DNA of 62,168 bases, counting the filler, from Choristocarpus tenellus KU-1152 (Eukaryota; Protista; Phaeophyceae), in assembly GCA_964200185.2 (NCBI GenBank). It is 10 parts of 10 records of this genome, joined end to end, with 100 filler letters (N's around TTAATTAATTAA, not from the genome) between each part and the next. Parts side by side here need not be neighbours in the genome. Positions count along the whole stretch, not along the records: positions 45,722 to 55,310 come from CAXNAD020003553.1; positions 55,411 to 58,215 come from CAXNAD020024595.1; positions 58,316 to 62,168 come from CAXNAD020017563.1; 7 more parts are not named here. One strand, 5' to 3'. Below the pieces are notes generated by a model that was given only the letters and a program-made list of their open reading frames with translations, made no database searches and was not told where the DNA came from. A program made the translations under genes and the position numbers. Shown piece after piece: positions 51,181 through 62,168 of this stretch. Numbering within the stretch: position 1 is the first letter of the stretch; each line of letters begins with the position of its first letter.

Positions 51181-54100
51181 ATGATGACCGATAACTCCGG
51201 GCACGACGATTATAGTTTCTGCCAGGAACATCTAAACATTAACGCCAGAGTTACGCTCTGTGACGGTCATCACATGCCAGGTCTAATCACTATGTTTGAT
51301 CATCAATCAGCTCTATTGTCCGACCATATATGTTTTGTGTTAGCATCATCTCCAGGTCATTTTGTTACCTTGACCTTTATTCAAGGACTGCCCACGATCC
51401 GTTTTCTGCCTTGTCTTGACAGTGCTGGCTCTGGGTACCACGGGAGTGCAGATTGAGAACTGCCACCAGGTAACGGTAGTTTCTGAGTGAAGCTGTGTTT
51501 CTTAACTATGGGATAATGTGATAAAGAGTGCTCCTGCTGATGCCCTCGCACTTTCTATTCTTGGTGGGAAATGTGGGAAAGTGATAATTGCACTATTCAA
51601 TGTTCCCGTCTGCGCCTCCGTTCTTCTTGGCATTGTTAACAATGTCCACAATGATAGCACTAGCGGGTAAGGGCATACCGATATCAGTGTTGAGAGTAGA
51701 CTGAATTCACTTCAAATAGGTGCACATAACCCGAAAAATCCTTACTTCGAAACAGGAGGTGTCGAGCGCTATCCGGATGGGATACTTTCACGTGGACTGT
51801 GCCATGGTTGACGGCAACCTTCGAGGAGTGAGTGGTGCTCTCGATCTCGAGCAATGTCGAAAGGGAATCTCAGTCAAAGAGATGTACTATATATTGGAGC
51901 GACTGGGTGCGATTCACACGCTGTCTTTTTTTCCTTTTGTTCGTCGTGTGGTATAATCTTCTTCCGGCACCGTCTCAGGTCGGTCTTGGTATCCAGCAAG
52001 CCCTGCGTGAAGGTGTTGTATCTAGGGGTCATATTTTCGTCACTAGTAAGGTGAGTATGCATTCTGCAGTGATTTTCTGTCACTCACTGTTGACACTATT
52101 CTCTCCAGCTCCACCAGATGACACATGTTTCCTTACGTCTGCTGTATCGTGTCCCTAGTGGGATTATAACCGTGAAAAGGAGGAATACTTTTCGGAAGCA
52201 CAAGTGCTCTTTCAACAACTAGTGCACCGATAGAACACCGACGGTCAGCAGAGTCAATTGTATAAAAAACACTATTCCTAACTTATCCCCCTCCAGCTGT
52301 GGATGACTCACTATGCCCCATCGAACGTGAAGCCGGCTGTGGAAACATGTCTGGACGAGCTTGGATTGAAGTATCTGGACCTTCTGCTCTTGCAGGTACA
52401 TAACAATGTCGAAATCACACAACTGAGAGAAGAGATGCATTGAGCGAGAAAGAGATTATGGCTGAGTCGAACACACCACCCATCATCTATCTTGCTCTTT
52501 TATGCAAGGTGTATTTATTTTTGTTGGAAACACAATTTCATTTTCTTCCCTGACACGCAAACACAGCGAAAGGTCCCATTTCCCCTGTGGCCGCTCCTCT
52601 CTTCCACTCACAATAGTGGCCAGTGGCTTGGATCAAGGATAAGACCCAGCCCAAGCCATGGTGGCCAAGAGACGAGATGGGACACTACGCGGTTGACCAT
52701 AATGTATCAATTGCCGACACCTGGTAAATCTAGACGTAATCTTGTTTGCAGAATGTCCCTAAGTGATTTTTTTATTGTCTTATTCCCATGGATCATTAAT
52801 GAAGTTTAGTTGGTTGTAAGTGGTGTGGACTTGGGTGCTTGGTGAATGATTTGGAAGGAGTCCTCAATATTTTACGATCTGTTGTATATTTTCTGTATGC
52901 CCAGGAAAAAAAAGTCGCAGTTGAAGTGTCCATGTGATACTCAGACTAGTCTGAGGAATCGTCATTCGGTCAAGGTTTTGTATAACAGAATGTGATTGGT
53001 CTGCTCTCAAGGGGTGTAAATTAGTTACCCAATTGTGGAGCCAACAGATACGAATGGCAGAGTAGTATGTTCAAGTTCTGCAGTGCCAAAATGTGTCCCT
53101 GTGGTGTTTAGGTTAGGACTTGCCTACGTTGTCCATGGACAGTACTATAGTATTCAAGTGGACAGCATCAGCTGAATTGAATGAAGAGTTGGCTTAGTAT
53201 TTGTTACATTCTTTGACCCACTCATTCAACTGTAAATAATCAAGTTCAAATGAACTATCCACATCGACTAGTACCCACTGTGAGTACAAGATATATATCA
53301 GCAATATAACATCCAAACACACCTTGGATCCCAAATTCGGATCCAGGAGGGCTATGGAGGACCTGGTAAATGACGGGCTGGTACGTTCAATTGGTGTAGC
53401 AAATTTCACAGTGGAAGACCTACAGATGCTTGACACTGGAAGATGTTCCATGAAACCTGTAGTCAATCAGGTGAGATAGGTACAAGGAGAATTTACGTTG
53501 AGGGGAGAGTGTCAAATGGGGTCTCTGAAGGGGGGAAAGAAGATGTATGCAAATTCTAAATATATATATATATATATATATGTTGACCTGATGCAATATT
53601 ATGCCCACGTGCAATGATATTGTCGATTGCACCTATGTAGCTATTCATTCGTACTAAATGATGTTCCCGCTTCCTTCCAGTTAAGTTGTTCCCTGCAAGT
53701 AGGGTACATGCATTTGTCCCAATATTTTGCTTCAGAGAACTCCTGCAAGGGTATACCTATCTATGGATTTTGTTTCATTGTTTCTGAATCCAATCATATC
53801 CATATTGGCAAGGATAAAATGACTAACATGCTATGCTTCGCGTCAAGGACGGAGTAAGGTTAGTGCTCATTGGAGTTAGATTTTATTTTGCAGCAGAAGC
53901 ACATAAAAATGTGCAACAACCGCACTAGTCAACAGAAAATTTCAATTTTTCAACAACCTTCCCAGTATCTGAGCGACACGTACCCATTCTTTGAACTGTT
54001 CCGCCACCTCTTAACTTGCGGTTTGGAGGCCCAATCTTGTAGCATTCCACATCTACCGTTAATCTATATAATGGAATACCAGTCAACAATACAGAGATGG

Positions 54101-54279
54101 CTGAAGGAGTTGTGCTCATATATTCTGCCTATTCTGCCTATTCTGCCTACTCTTACGCCAATACTTCGTAGGTCGAGTTTCATCCTTATTTGCCTCAAAA
54201 GAACTTAACTCACTTCATGGAAAAGGAGGGAATACAGCTCGTGACACATACACCTTTTGGAGGGGTTAACACTGCTCCG
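51181..54279 (+). CDS. Aldo-keto reductase superfamily protein with atypical active site, 3' incomplete
   Basis: Eight GT-AG exons in one open frame: 51181-51280, 51423-51469, 51756-51827, 51979-52050, 52297-52395, 52617-52723, 53347-53470, 54172-54279. Motifs: MPVLALGT, GYFHVDCA, IFVTSKLW, YLDLLLLQWP, AMEDLVNDGLVRSIGVANF, PVVNQVEFHPYLPQ. Confidence 0.92.
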
Positions 54280-56101
54280 GTGAGTCATAAATCTTATTGT
54301 TACAAGAACATTAAGGGCTCTGATACTCCTATGCTGCCCTCAATAACCCACACAACGATGGGGCACTAGCAATTTGGATTGGTAGGGTATATGATGTTAC
54401 GCTCGTCCTAGCAATTGATATATGGTGTATCCCAGGTAGAGATGTAGTCCGATTATCCAATTTGCAACAAGAGATAGAGACAGAGAGACAGAGAGACAGA
54501 GAGACAGAGAGAGTCCCATACCACTGAGGACAGAGACTGTCCCTAATGTAGGTCGTATCATACACCACGTGCCCCCATACTACCCCTCCTTCTGTCCACG
54601 ACGTGAGCAATGAATCTCAAAACCACAGACTATCGCCCATGACCTGTAGCCTATTCTGTCTCAGTACCTTTGAAAGACGTATATTGTGTGTTCTGGACTT
54701 GAGCACTCGATACTAGTCTCGACCACTCTGATTTGTTGGGGACAAATGGGCAAAACGGTGCTACTTTTGGTCAAATACCCCGCCTAAATATCCTGAATGT
54801 CCCGCTCTAGAATGGTATCTGGCGGAGGGGATGTTCGATACAAGAGTGGGGTTGTCTCCCGTGAGTGTGTAGTTGCTAGTCGTGGAGGAAGCAGTAGGTC
54901 TATGACGGAGACCTATGGAAGAGGTAGTCACAGTTGAACTGGGTTCACCTCTGGTACCCAATCGTGACACCTGAGCATTGGTCTAGATCGTCAGAATGCT
55001 TATACTCATCGATTGATAATAAAAGCTTGATTGGTATATAGAGTATCTCACAAAGTGTGATCCTTCTCTGAAACCTGTTGTCAGACAGAGCACGAAGAGC
55101 AAAAGTATTCCGAGACACAGCTTATAGTCAAGAAATAAATCGAAATTCTCTAATAGACTGGGCAATACTACTATACTTCACCATGCATAGGGGGCTAGAA
55201 ACTACTGGGGAAAGTATCTTTGTAACATTGGAGAGTACTTGTGAACTTTGAGAATTAGAGCACTGAGTTGAAGCGCTGGGATAAATTTTCTTAGTTTCTG
55301 GAGGGGGGGGNNNNNNNNNNNNNNNNNNNNNNNNNNNNNNNNNNNNNNNNNNNNTTAATTAATTAANNNNNNNNNNNNNNNNNNNNNNNNNNNNNNNNNN
55401 NNNNNNNNNNCTCGAGGAGGAGGAGGATGATACCCTTTGAGATGGTTCTATCCCCTCCTGCACCACTGACAGGCTGCTATGACCATGGGAAGGGGTTACA
55501 ATGTTAGAGGGGGATGGAAAGGAGTACACTGTGGGAGAGGCAGGGGCGGGTGATACATACAAGTTGTTCGGAAGGGATAGAAGAGAGAGGGGAGAGAAGG
55601 GGCGAGAGGTGGAATGTACATACAAAATCATCTCAGCCAGCAAGCAAAACAACAATGAACCGAACAAAACATGTGTGTAGGGGCTAGTGCAAAAAAGTGA
55701 AATATACGTGCTCCCTATGAACTGGGACGCAAGGAAAGGCCCAAAAAGTGACCCCTGTGTTAACAATCGGATAATTTTTTCCCCTGCTTATCACAACGTC
55801 CAATAGCCCACAAATATAATATAGTGGTACGCAGCATGTTTAACCAGAACACTCTCGTTGTTTTCCAAGGGCTGTTCAGGAGGAGCACAAGGTGAGATCT
55901 CAAACGCGACGGCCCAAAAGGAAATAAGCAACAGGGATGCATACCGCTTGCTTGCTTGGTACTTTTGTCTCCCCCTGTTGACCTGCAGACCTGCACCTAC
56001 ACTTCGGACTACTCGAGGAAGACTTATCAGCATCGAGAAATAGCTCAGTATGTAAGTCAGAGTTCGAAGGAACCATTCCAAAAACCAAGTAACCCACACA
56101 C

Positions 56102-58215
56102 CTCGCCATCATCCACCCCATCAACCTCAGCTGTGCACAGAAAGTCCACCAATGCCAGCACTGCCTTCCCTTCCCCATATCGGGCCAGCACTTGAGACAC
56201 ACTTGAGGACACCCGGCAGGTGTGCAGCAGTATTTGCAGGGCTGTTGACCTCAACGTCCTTGGTGAGTCCTCCTCAATCTTGGCACCATTTCCGGCGGAT
56301 GCTGCCATTGAAGGCTTTGTTACCGCCAACACCACCTCATCACCTCGAAAGCACTCACACAGCATCCAACATAGACTTGCCATGGCGCTACCGTGAGGGG
56401 CCTCCTCTCCATCAGTGTTCCAACCTCTACTTTCCAACCCAATCCAGTCGCGATCATCCCCACCCTCATCGCCACCCTCATTGCCCTTGTCATCACTACC
56501 TGACTCCAGAAGCCGTATAGAAACCTCCTGCCAGACCTTGTTCCCAAGGTTCACTAGCGTTTGCATACCTTCTGCTCTAGGGTGACCTGGTGACATTTGA
56601 GTCACCACCCCGACTGCACCAGCCTCTGTACTACCCTTAGGTGGTGTGCTTGCTCCCAATGCTGCAAGGGCCCAGGTAGCCTCAGTGAGTGGCATAGCTC
56701 GAACTGGGCCCCACTGTGACCCCGAGGAATGCACCATAAGGGCCAGGGTGTGCATTGCAAGGGATGATCGTCGTAGCCAAGCAACAGCAATCACTCTTTT
56801 CTGCTCAGCATTATTGCAGTCATTCCTTCCCTTGCTTCCACCTTGCCAAAAAGAGGAGGGAAAGGGACGCCTCCGGAGGCAAGCACATAAGGTAGATGGC
56901 ACATGATGTGCCAGAAGCATCTCCATTGTTTCTGGGCCGGCTTTGGTTATTATGGCACTGAGACACTTCAGGGCCTGCTCCTGCATCACAAGGACCTGTA
57001 AAGATAATATGTGGTGACCATAATACACGATGGAGGGTGTGGGGTGAGCAGGAGGGGGCTAACCAAGAGAAGATTTGTAAAAGAAATTTTCAAGGCACAC
57101 GTACTTGGGCTACATTCAGTAGTACTGGTAATCAGTCGATTTACAATGAAAAAAAACCATATGGACAAAGAAGACAAGGTACATAAAATGTTATAGTGAG
57201 GAACCATGAGCTGATGCCATAATGCACACTGCATATGATACTGTTACTAGGTGCAGCCTCCAGGCTCCGCACCTGTTCAGACACTTTTTCAGCAGGAGCA
57301 AAGGCCTCAGCGTTCAGCATGGTAGTCAGGGCAGAGAGGGTAGTCCATCGCTCACTGATGCCAATCACACTCCTTCGACCCCTGTGCCCATCCATCCCAT
57401 CGGCCCCACCCCAGCCAGGGCCATGAGCACAAGCTCCAGACTTGCTGCCATCCCCTGGTCTCGCCTCAGTCCACCAGGGCAGGGCGACCATTGCAGTGAG
57501 AAGACTCACAGCTTCAGTCAGAACAAGTGGTGCTGCCTCAAGCCTCTTGCTATCCCTCCCCCTAAGCATAGCCTTGTCACACACACCCACAACCAACAGA
57601 AGAATGTGCAAGAACCGTTCCGACACCACTGAAGCTAACAGCACATCATTCTTATCATCACCTGCCAGGGCAGCTCCCTGTTCCCCAAATCCACTACCCG
57701 AACTCAATAATGTATCATCCAATGCCTTTCCAGTGGCCAAGGCCACCTTCTCTGCAGTTCGAAAGGCCCTATGTGGCGGCATCTTTGTTCCTCTTGGACT
57801 TGTCCCTCCTGGCACCTGCCCCAGCCCCCAGTACCAGGTCTCTGGACTGTCAAGGGCGTTAACAAGGGCAGCAAAGAAACCTTGGGTGCTTCCAACTTGC
57901 ATGGCCGCAGGGATACCCTGCTCAGCTGTGCATTCCCAATCTTCCCACGGTGGTGCTGGGAGCTGCTCTGAAGGAGAGAGGTCAGCATAGCCAAGACCAC
58001 TATCACAGCTATCACCACTACTCCTGCTGCTGTCATCGCATGGCTGATCAGGCCCACTAAGGTGCCGCTCTGAAAGACTTTCCTGTGGCCAAAACATCCT
58101 TTCATCAGGAGCTCTACCACCCCCCTCCCTTCCTGTGCCACAATCTTCAACACGGTCCTCCTTCCGACCTGCCCCCACTCTCCCCATGGTATCTTCATTC
58201 CAGATCCCCCCCGCC
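56102..58215 (-). CDS. Partial gene for a large alpha-helical (ARM/HEAT-like) protein, possibly the non-kinase region of a Fused/STK36/TIO-type kinase
   Basis: Two long in-frame exons (~58215-57273 and 56995-56102) joined by CAG|GTGCGG...TACAG|. Leu/Ala-rich helices alternate with Gly-rich loops. The family assignment is a weak impression only. Confidence 0.6.
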
Positions 58216-58482
58216 NNNNNNNNNNNNNNNNNNNNNNNNNNNNNNNNNNNNNNNNNNNNTTAATTAATTAANNNNNNNNNNNNNNNNNNNNNNNNNNNNN
58301 NNNNNNNNNNNNNNNCCCCCCCTCCCAGATACTTTGGGTCAAGTACTTCATCCACATTACCAAAAAAAATCCATCTCATTGCAAGGCTTGTGATGAATAC
58401 TTTTGCCAAGAGGTGGATAAAACGCATTTGGTGACCAAAATGTGTGACAACAACTCGCCGCAAGTGAAGGCGGGCATGTTGT

Positions 58483-58741
58483 GAGTCAAAACAACTGAGA
58501 GGTAGACAGGGTTGCATTTTAAGGATCCCAAGAAAGGGCAAAAAGATTCAATTTCGTACTATTGCAGAACGAGCATTTGCTGAATTGTGTTGTCATTTTG
58601 TGTGTGGAAAGGGGGAATATCAATTTTGTGTGCACTATTGTGGACACAGAGCAATGAAATAGAGCGTATTGCACAGGGCAACAAATATAGCTTAGAATGC
58701 AAAAGGGACCAAACCTGTCTACCTCACCATTCGTTTGGCTC
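58483..58741 (+). mobile_element. MITE family D, full length (259 bp), TSD TTGT
   Basis: TTGT|GAGTCAAAACAACTGAGAGGTAGACAGG...CCTGTCTACCTCACCATTCGTTTGGCTC|TTGT. Confidence 0.88.
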
Positions 58742-59221
58742 TTGTGACGTTTCAGTTGCTGGGCAGAAAGGAGAAGTTAGGAACAAATGGTTAATGCCCT
58801 TCTACAAATAGAGTTCAACCTCTTATGACTCCTCTTGCCAACCCATCTCAGTCCTCCTACCTATAAATCAAGCGTTGATTTATTGTGCTTCAACATAGCC
58901 TGTGACACCCCAACTGAACTATACACCATTATTTACGCGCTCCATGCACATGAAAATCCTGAAGTTTAGGATGAGGTGCAGAATACCCAGCTTTCTCATC
59001 AGTGTTGAACTTAAATGTTTGGTGAGGATTGACTGCTCCATAACAGTTATCCCATCACAACATATGAAGGAAGAAATGTAATATTATGCTGCAATTTCCA
59101 TCTCAACAACTTGACCGCATTGCCAAAGTTTAGTTGAGTGACGAGGATGCTTGTCTTCCCATCCCACCCATTTCAAAACTACTTCCCCAAACAAAATTTG
59201 TCACTATGTAGGCGAACCAAC

Positions 59222-61855
59222 CTGAAACATAGCAGAGGTCCGCGGGCCAATATCAAAAGCATGAAACCCGCGTGGTATACCTTCCTCAAGGCTTTTGTCC
59301 ATAGTCTGAATCACCCAAAGTGGGCCAGAAAGTGTCGCCATGTGGACATGCACAGTTGTAGTGTATTTGAATGGCAGGCTTATGGTGTTGGGAGGACATC
59401 ATACTTCTTCTGTATCAGACATGGGTGTTCCTCTCTGGCTCTCTTCATCAAGAAAGTTTTAATGTTCAGGGAATGGGTAAGCTATTATACCTTGGTGTAT
59501 CCTCAAACGAATCGAATTCAGCACTTGAGAAAACAGGAAAACCTGTCAGTGGCAGCAATATCCTAGTTTACTCGTTTCTCTCTCGTTCCCTTCGCTCTCA
59601 TTGAAGTCTCACCTCGCCATCATACTCGAAACCTGCTGCCAGATCCTCATCTGGATCACCCACTGCTCCCCCCATCTTGGACCCTTCTGCGACATCTGAA
59701 GTGTCTAAGGGGCTTCCTGAGAGCTCCTCCTCAATTGTCACCTGACCTTCTTGGTCATCCCCATCCCCAAAATTAGCTTCTCCGCCCTTACCACTGGGGT
59801 CTTCAGATTGACCTTTTCCTTCACCCAAATCTTCTTCCTTTGTGCCTGCCTCCTCTTCTTCAGCAGGGGAGGTTTGCCCTGGAATGACACCATACTCGTT
59901 GACCTTGAGGTCACCCACTACAAAATCGACCGGGAGGAGGATCTATTGTCGATGGGGGCAGGGTGGTGTCAAAGGTCGCCAGAGAAAGGGGGAATGGAAA
60001 TAGATTGGAAAGGGTTGCTGTTAAGTTGAGTTTATATTTCTGCTCAGTCTTGACTTAGTGAGATAATCTGCATCAGACGGGGCATATCTGATGAGGTCAT
60101 TTCTGGTGCCCTATTCTAAACACTTCAAGAATCAACCTGAGACGTGAGTAAGAGAAGATTTCCACTGCTTTTTATCCTTAACCAGTTACCTGTCTTCTTT
60201 GGAAAAATCGTTAGTCAGAAAAAATGGATTTTTTTCTCTGTTGATCATGGACGGAAAAAGCAACACCAAAGTGCTGAATGTACATTTTGATATGATCTAA
60301 CCCTAACCCTAACCCTTGAAAAGCAATTATGGAAAATATAAAACACAAAGGAGTGGGCTTAATATGGTAGTCCCTAACTCCACCCTCCCCCTTCTGAGCC
60401 AAAGTATCTTAGAAGGTAGAGTCGTGTCCATTTGGGGACCAAAATCCAATGTTGCGATTTTGATGTAATTTTGGCTATCATGTATGTTAGGAAGTGTAAA
60501 TATCTATGTCCTTGACACCTTTTTATGACGTATGCATTTTACCTACTCCTATACATTTTGGTGTAGGAAAATGTCATTAAAAACCCATGGGAAGTCAAGC
60601 CCCAAATGGACAAACAGGGCAAAACTCGTACCCTCTATGATACTTTCACTCTTCTTCGCCCACGGTTACTGAAGAAATCCCAAGTTAAACCCCAAATCTT
60701 CCCCCACTCCCTACATTATTTCTTATCCCGGTCCATCTCACCTGAACTCCTCGCCTTCTGGCCTTTTGGAGCAACTTCCGTGCCACTATTCGTACCTCGA
60801 CTGGGTCTGGAAGTCGCCCAATGCGAGTCCTACCCCTTCCCTTCCGCGATTGACCTACACATACATTCTTTCCTATATGAGTGCCCCCACCCCCTTTGCC
60901 CTTGCCATTGCCCTCAAAAACCCCACCCCCAACCCCGTCCCTGTCCCCACACCCACTCAAGCCCTTGCTCAACAACCCACTATCCTGGGATGCCGCAATA
61001 AGTGTTAAAGCTAATCCCCCACCAAGGGCAAGGATGTCAACAAGATCAATGAGGCTGTCCAGCAGCTTGAGTCGGCTTTCTAGGACATCACCCCCAAGGA
61101 TGGCTAGAAAAGGTCGCTTTGGGGCCTCCGTCAAGTAGGCGAGGGAAAGTAGGTCAGAGCTGAGAGCTGTTAAAGAGTTAGTGGGGCGGAGAGGAAGGGT
61201 AAGGAAAAATCAGGAAGGTGGTCTTTTGGAATTTGGATGCTGAGTGTTATCTAGAAACAGTACAAGGCATTTACCATATATTTGGATCATACCCCCAACT
61301 ACTCTTTCATCCATGTTATCCAAATCGGAATCACACTTGAGTCATGTGAAGGTTGTTGGGTAAAGAAAATGTTTTTTCAATATTCCATCAATAAAATAGC
61401 ATATACTAGTGCTAGAGGTACTAATATAGTATTAATCCTTACACCACATTGATCCAATAGGAGCTTTTACCCTAACACACTGTTTATCCCCTAAATGACA
61501 TTTAGTGAATATTTTATTGCTCATTCAATAGCATCTACTACTGAAGTCTTGGTTGTTTGTGAGCAATCCAACCTTCACTAAGACAGCATGAACATGAGGC
61601 AAAGGGGTCAGTTTTGGCCTTCATCCTGACCCTCTGTATCCAGCTTTTTACCTGTCCCGGCCACTGTCAACCCTGTCAAGGGGACAAGGCCCCGTGGAAA
61701 CTTCCTGGCCGGGTCGTAGAGCGCCTGGGAAACATCCAATACTGCCACATCTACTGCTGACTCCAGCATGGCTCCAAGGTCCCCTTCAGCCACATTCTTG
61801 GGTTCTTCGTCAGTCATTCCTCCTTCCCGGACAGCTGGAATTGGAACTTCTTCCC
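59222..61855 (-). CDS. Phosphoglycerate kinase-like protein with degenerate catalytic motifs, four internal exons
   Basis: Phase-compatible exons 61855-61652, 61166-60742, 59942-59613, 59305-59222. They give PKRPFLAILGG, VDILALGGGLA, KARRRGVQILLPVDFVV and GIPRGFHAFDIGP, which are PGK motifs in canonical order. Confidence 0.88.
60396..60651 (+). mobile_element. MITE family B, full length (256 bp), TSD TTCT, intronic
   Basis: TTCT|GAGCCAAAGTATCTTAG...TACTTTCACTC|TTCT. Confidence 0.92.
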
Positions 61856-62137
61856 CTGAAATCCCGACATTAAGAAAGTAGGGGAGTTTGTTGAGTGACT
61901 GTATTATATCGACTCAGTGGGATAATTAAACTGTTCTATTGGTCTATATCTCGCTTTTCGGATAATGCCATCTAGCCCCTCAACCTTCCTGGTATTTCCT
62001 AATCATCTCGACATACGTTTTCAGCTCCTGCTAAATCCTGAAGGGGGGGTATACTCGAGAGTGTTTTTGACCCTGGGTTAGGGTTGTGATTAGGGTATTA
62101 AAGGATAGGGCGAAGCTCTATTGACCCCTGCATTGCA

Positions 62138-62168
62138 GGGTCAAAGTATCTCGGGGGGGGGGGGGGGG
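62138..62168. mobile_element. Family A terminus at window end (similar stubs at 45589-45621, 45722-45742, 58316-58340)
   Basis: GGGTCAAAGTATCTC followed by a G run. Confidence 0.8.

Noticed and set aside
57222-57990. Plus-strand ORFs overlapping the ARM-like gene (similar antisense ORFs over other exons)
   Set aside because: Antisense shadows of GC-rich exons, with no motifs or splice support.
11982-58315. Recurring TTAATTAATTAA palindrome as a biological motif, and gene neighbourhoods across it (e.g. FPGS, AKR, PGK-like as a metabolic cluster)
   Set aside because: Always centred in exactly 44+44 Ns, so it is a synthetic six-frame-stop linker. Genes are cut at the linkers and flanks do not continue across them.

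Overview
This is intron-rich eukaryotic nuclear DNA. Gene structure, RTE/Copia remnants and scattered TTAGGG tracts suggest a brown alga or related stramenopile (inference). It is not one locus: nine identical 100-bp artificial linkers (44 N + TTAATTAATTAA + 44 N) join ten contigs, so neighbours across a linker are not biologically linked. Five partial spliced genes can be rebuilt: an EF-hand/multi-PUB protein, folylpolyglutamate synthase, an aldo-keto reductase-like gene with catalytic Tyr and His replaced, an ARM/HEAT-like protein, and a phosphoglycerate kinase-like gene lacking catalytic motifs. Repeats include four related small TIR element (MITE) families with 4-bp TSDs (Sola2-like ends), a decayed RTE-type LINE, a rearranged Copia pol, a probable LTR remnant and several minisatellites. 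The most striking feature is a 759-bp AT-rich bacterial-type insert (YdcF/DUF218-like fragment plus IS200 TnpA fragment). It sits precisely inside the terminal repeat of a host MITE and is a candidate bacterium-to-nucleus DNA transfer.
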